In this document: piece after piece, positions 62,049-64,000 of the stretch
Numbering within the stretch: the stretch's first letter is position 1
Layout of the letters: each line of letters begins with the position of its first letter
DNA from: Bdellovibrionota bacterium
Lineage (GTDB): Bacteria; Bdellovibrionota; UBA2394
Direction of reading: 5' to 3'
DNA: 64,000 nucleotides
Assembly: GCA_044351695.1 (NCBI GenBank)
Contig: JBILFF010000001.1
Coordinates: forward strand, 66,722-130,721
The notes under the pieces: generated by a model
Databases searched by the model: none
Told to the model about the DNA's origin: nothing
Seen by the model: only the letters and a program-made list of their open reading frames with translations
Program-made: the position numbers and the translations under genes

Positions 62049-62788
62049 TGAAGCAGAAAGATCGATTTTTAATTTTCGCAGATGGTGCCTGTCGTCGTAA
62101 TCCCGGTCCGGGAGGCTGGGCCTTTCTGATCGCCTCGCAAGATAGCGTGTGGGAGGCTTGTGGTTTTGAGGCCGACACGACGAATAATAAAATGGAGCTC
62201 AGGGCTCTCATCGAGGCGCTGAGGTTTGTTCAAAAGCAAAATCTCACTGGCCGCCTTGAGATTCATCTCGACTCACAGTATGTGCTCTCGGGCTGCATTG
62301 CTTGGATTTATGCCTGGAAGCGGCGGGGCTGGGTGACCACAGACAGTGAGCCCGTAAAAAACAGGGAGCTCTGGCAGCAAGTGGCAGATCTACTGGATGC
62401 TCTCAAAAGCAGCGCAGACTTCAATTGGTATTATGTGCCGGGCCATGCAGGAGTGCCGGGTAACGAGCGTGTCGATTCACTGGCCGCTTCGGAGGCCGAT
62501 GGAATCGAAGGGCCTGCCTATCAAGGACCGCGCTCCGCGTGGGCTCACGGAGATTTAGAGGGTGGGCTGAGTCGCGAGACTTATGATCCCAATCGAGTCA
62601 GTCGCCCACAACAAAAGACTCCAGTCTACTATTTGAGCCTCATTCAGGGCTCTGTTTTTCGTGACGCCACTTGGCCAGAATGTGAAGCGAGAGTTCGTGG
62701 GCGTGCTGGAGCGCGATACAAAAAAGTAAAGAGTCGAGAAGAAGAGCTACAAGTGCTCAAGAGCTGGGGTCATGTGTCCAAAGACTGA
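62045..62788 (+). CDS. rnhA: Ribonuclease HI with a C-terminal hybrid-binding (Cauli_VI-like) domain
   Basis: N-terminal RNase H fold (…FADGACRRNPGPGGWAFLI…, …TNNKMELRALIEAL…, …HLDSQYV…, …YYVPGHAGVPGNERVDSLA…). C-terminal …YYLSLIQGSVFRDATWPECEARVRGRAGARYKKVKSREEE… resembles the RNase H1 HBD. Confidence 0.8.
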   Translation: MMKQKDRFLIFADGACRRNPGPGGWAFLIASQDSVWEACGFEADTTNNKMELRALIEALRFVQKQNLTGRLEIHLDSQYVLSGCIAWIYAWKRRGWVTTDSEPVKNRELWQQVADLLDALKSSADFNWYYVPGHAGVPGNERVDSLAASEADGIEGPAYQGPRSAWAHGDLEGGLSRETYDPNRVSRPQQKTPVYYLSLIQGSVFRDATWPECEARVRGRAGARYKKVKSREEELQVLKSWGHVSKD

Positions 62789-62798
62789 GTGAACTCGA

Positions 62799-63797
62799 TC
62801 AAGACGGCATCGAGGCCAGAAGCTTTTTTATTCTTAATACAAATCGATGATTATGTCCGGAGTGGCGGCCCTGAAATTCAATCAGCTCGAATCGAGCACC
62901 AATCTCTTGCAAGGATTCTGCAAGTTGACGATGACCAAGTTGAGCGCCGTATTCATCAGATGTTCCAGCATCAAGAAGAATGTGCTGCAGTTTTAAAATA
63001 TTCTCTCGATAATCTTTTACTCTCCGAACGGGATCCTGGCCGAGGTAGCGATGCCAGATCTCGTGATCGATTTTTCCGCTCTTGAGATCAAAAAAAAGAT
63101 CACCAAAAAGAGGGGGCTTTTTCGGTTGCGGGGCATAGCAAGGCGCAAGCGAAAGACATAGCATCGCGAGCATTTTGGAGGGGCCGAAAGAGCTGGGGTT
63201 GGGGTGATTTAAAAATTCAGAGATAAAAGCTTCGATACTCCCCGACTTTTCAATCTCTAAAATGGTCGGAAGAATTAAGGGCATCAAATGAAATTCAAAA
63301 AAACTATCTCCTGAAGCGCTGGCGACATTTAAAAATCGATCGGGTCTTTCAAGGGCCAGTCGCAAAGCGCCAAACCCACCACTCGAATGTCCCATGACAG
63401 CTCGGTAGCGCGCTGCGGATTTCGTCGAAAATTTTTGATCAACCCAATCGACCAGCTCATCGGCTATAAAGTTTTGATAATTTCCGAGCGAAGGTGAATT
63501 TAAAAACTGGCTCGATCCCAATTTAGAACCCGCGTCGGGCGCGATCAAAATGCAGGCGGGCAGATCAGCCTGGCGGATGGCTTGATCCAGAAGTGTTTGC
63601 AGTGGACGTCCAAAAATCGAGTCCTCTGAAAAATACTTCATCGGTTGATTGCCCCAAGCACTCAAAAGATAAACGCTGGGGTAGGAGCGGCTCGAGTCGT
63701 AGTCGGGGGGAAGGTAGACTCCCACTCGGCGCTCGGCCGAGTCTCCCATCGGAAAGTTTTGGAGCTGCGAACTCTTTATCGAATGCCACTCAAGCAT
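62799..63797 (-). CDS. Putative esterase (alpha/beta hydrolase, esterase-D/enterochelin-esterase-like family)
   Basis: GHSSGG nucleophile elbow (…VMGHSSGGFGALRLAL…). Size and His near the C-terminus fit the family. Confidence 0.7.
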   Translation of the reverse strand: MLEWHSIKSSQLQNFPMGDSAERRVGVYLPPDYDSSRSYPSVYLLSAWGNQPMKYFSEDSIFGRPLQTLLDQAIRQADLPACILIAPDAGSKLGSSQFLNSPSLGNYQNFIADELVDWVDQKFSTKSAARYRAVMGHSSGGFGALRLALERPDRFLNVASASGDSFFEFHLMPLILPTILEIEKSGSIEAFISEFLNHPNPSSFGPSKMLAMLCLSLAPCYAPQPKKPPLFGDLFFDLKSGKIDHEIWHRYLGQDPVRRVKDYRENILKLQHILLDAGTSDEYGAQLGHRQLAESLQEIGARFELIEFQGRHSGHNHRFVLRIKKLLASMPS

Positions 63798-64000
63798 TCC
63801 TCAGTTTAGGCAGGACGCCAAAAATATCGAAGTGGTTTTTTGGCCCAAGAGCCTGCGTAATCAACTCCAATTCGAGGGGCGCGGTGAATCTCGGCCGGAG
63901 TAGGGGCGTCTAAGAAAAAAAGTTCGTCTCCACAAACATCCAGATTGTTGTGCCGCATTTCAATTCCTAGAGCAGCACTCAGCTTGCCCGGACCATTCAG

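Noticed and set aside
63593-63913. 106-aa plus-strand ORF at the right edge
   Set aside because: It overlaps the esterase gene on the opposite strand and has an Arg/Ser-rich low-complexity translation. It is likely spurious. A real minus-strand gene may run off the window end beyond about 63800, but it cannot be defined.

Overview
Summary. This 64 kb window is the chromosomal replication-origin neighbourhood of a Gram-negative bacterium, about 50% GC. The gene order resembles Bdellovibrio-like or deltaproteobacterial genomes; that taxonomic placement is an inference.

The minus strand carries the conserved block dnaA, oriC (at least 14 DnaA boxes plus an AT-rich stretch), tRNA-Ala, dnaN, recF, gyrB, gyrA, a TPR lipoprotein, hemL, then the F0 genes atpI/Z, atpB and atpE. 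Diverging from dnaA on the plus strand are rpmH, rnpA, yidD, yidC, mnmE, mnmG, parA, parB, a bactofilin, and the second half of a split ATP synthase operon (atpF', atpF, atpH, atpA, atpG, atpD, atpC).

The flanks are housekeeping. Left: an mfd 3' fragment, three tandem SurA/PrsA-like PPIase lipoproteins, pdxA, and a uvrA that lacks the insertion domain. Right: a gcvT-H-PA-PB operon, an HpnH-like radical SAM gene, tRNA-Arg(TCT), purK, purE, carD/cdnL, ispD, ispF, gltX, uvrB, uvrC, comEC, pal, ybgF, tsaD, rsmA, smpB, an rnhA with a C-terminal hybrid-binding domain, and an esterase.

I found no CRISPR array, IS element, prophage or recognisable defence island. The least conventional stretch is about 34.4-39.1 kb. 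It holds a conserved hypothetical, a secreted protein with a catalytically dead metzincin-like motif, and a small lipoprotein co-transcribed with an FHA-domain TadA/CpaF-type secretion ATPase that has no other tad/pilus genes nearby. A TonB-C-terminal-domain protein follows.

Other points worth follow-up:
- recF apparently starts at a non-canonical AUU codon.
- Two 16-bp exact inverted repeats form an operator or long hairpin in front of mnmG.
- parA carries a C-terminal acidic tandem-repeat tail.
- The bactofilin is frameshifted at a G4 run.
- atpC encodes an 80-aa epsilon subunit.

All functional calls come from my reading of the translated ORFs against known family motifs. No database search was possible.
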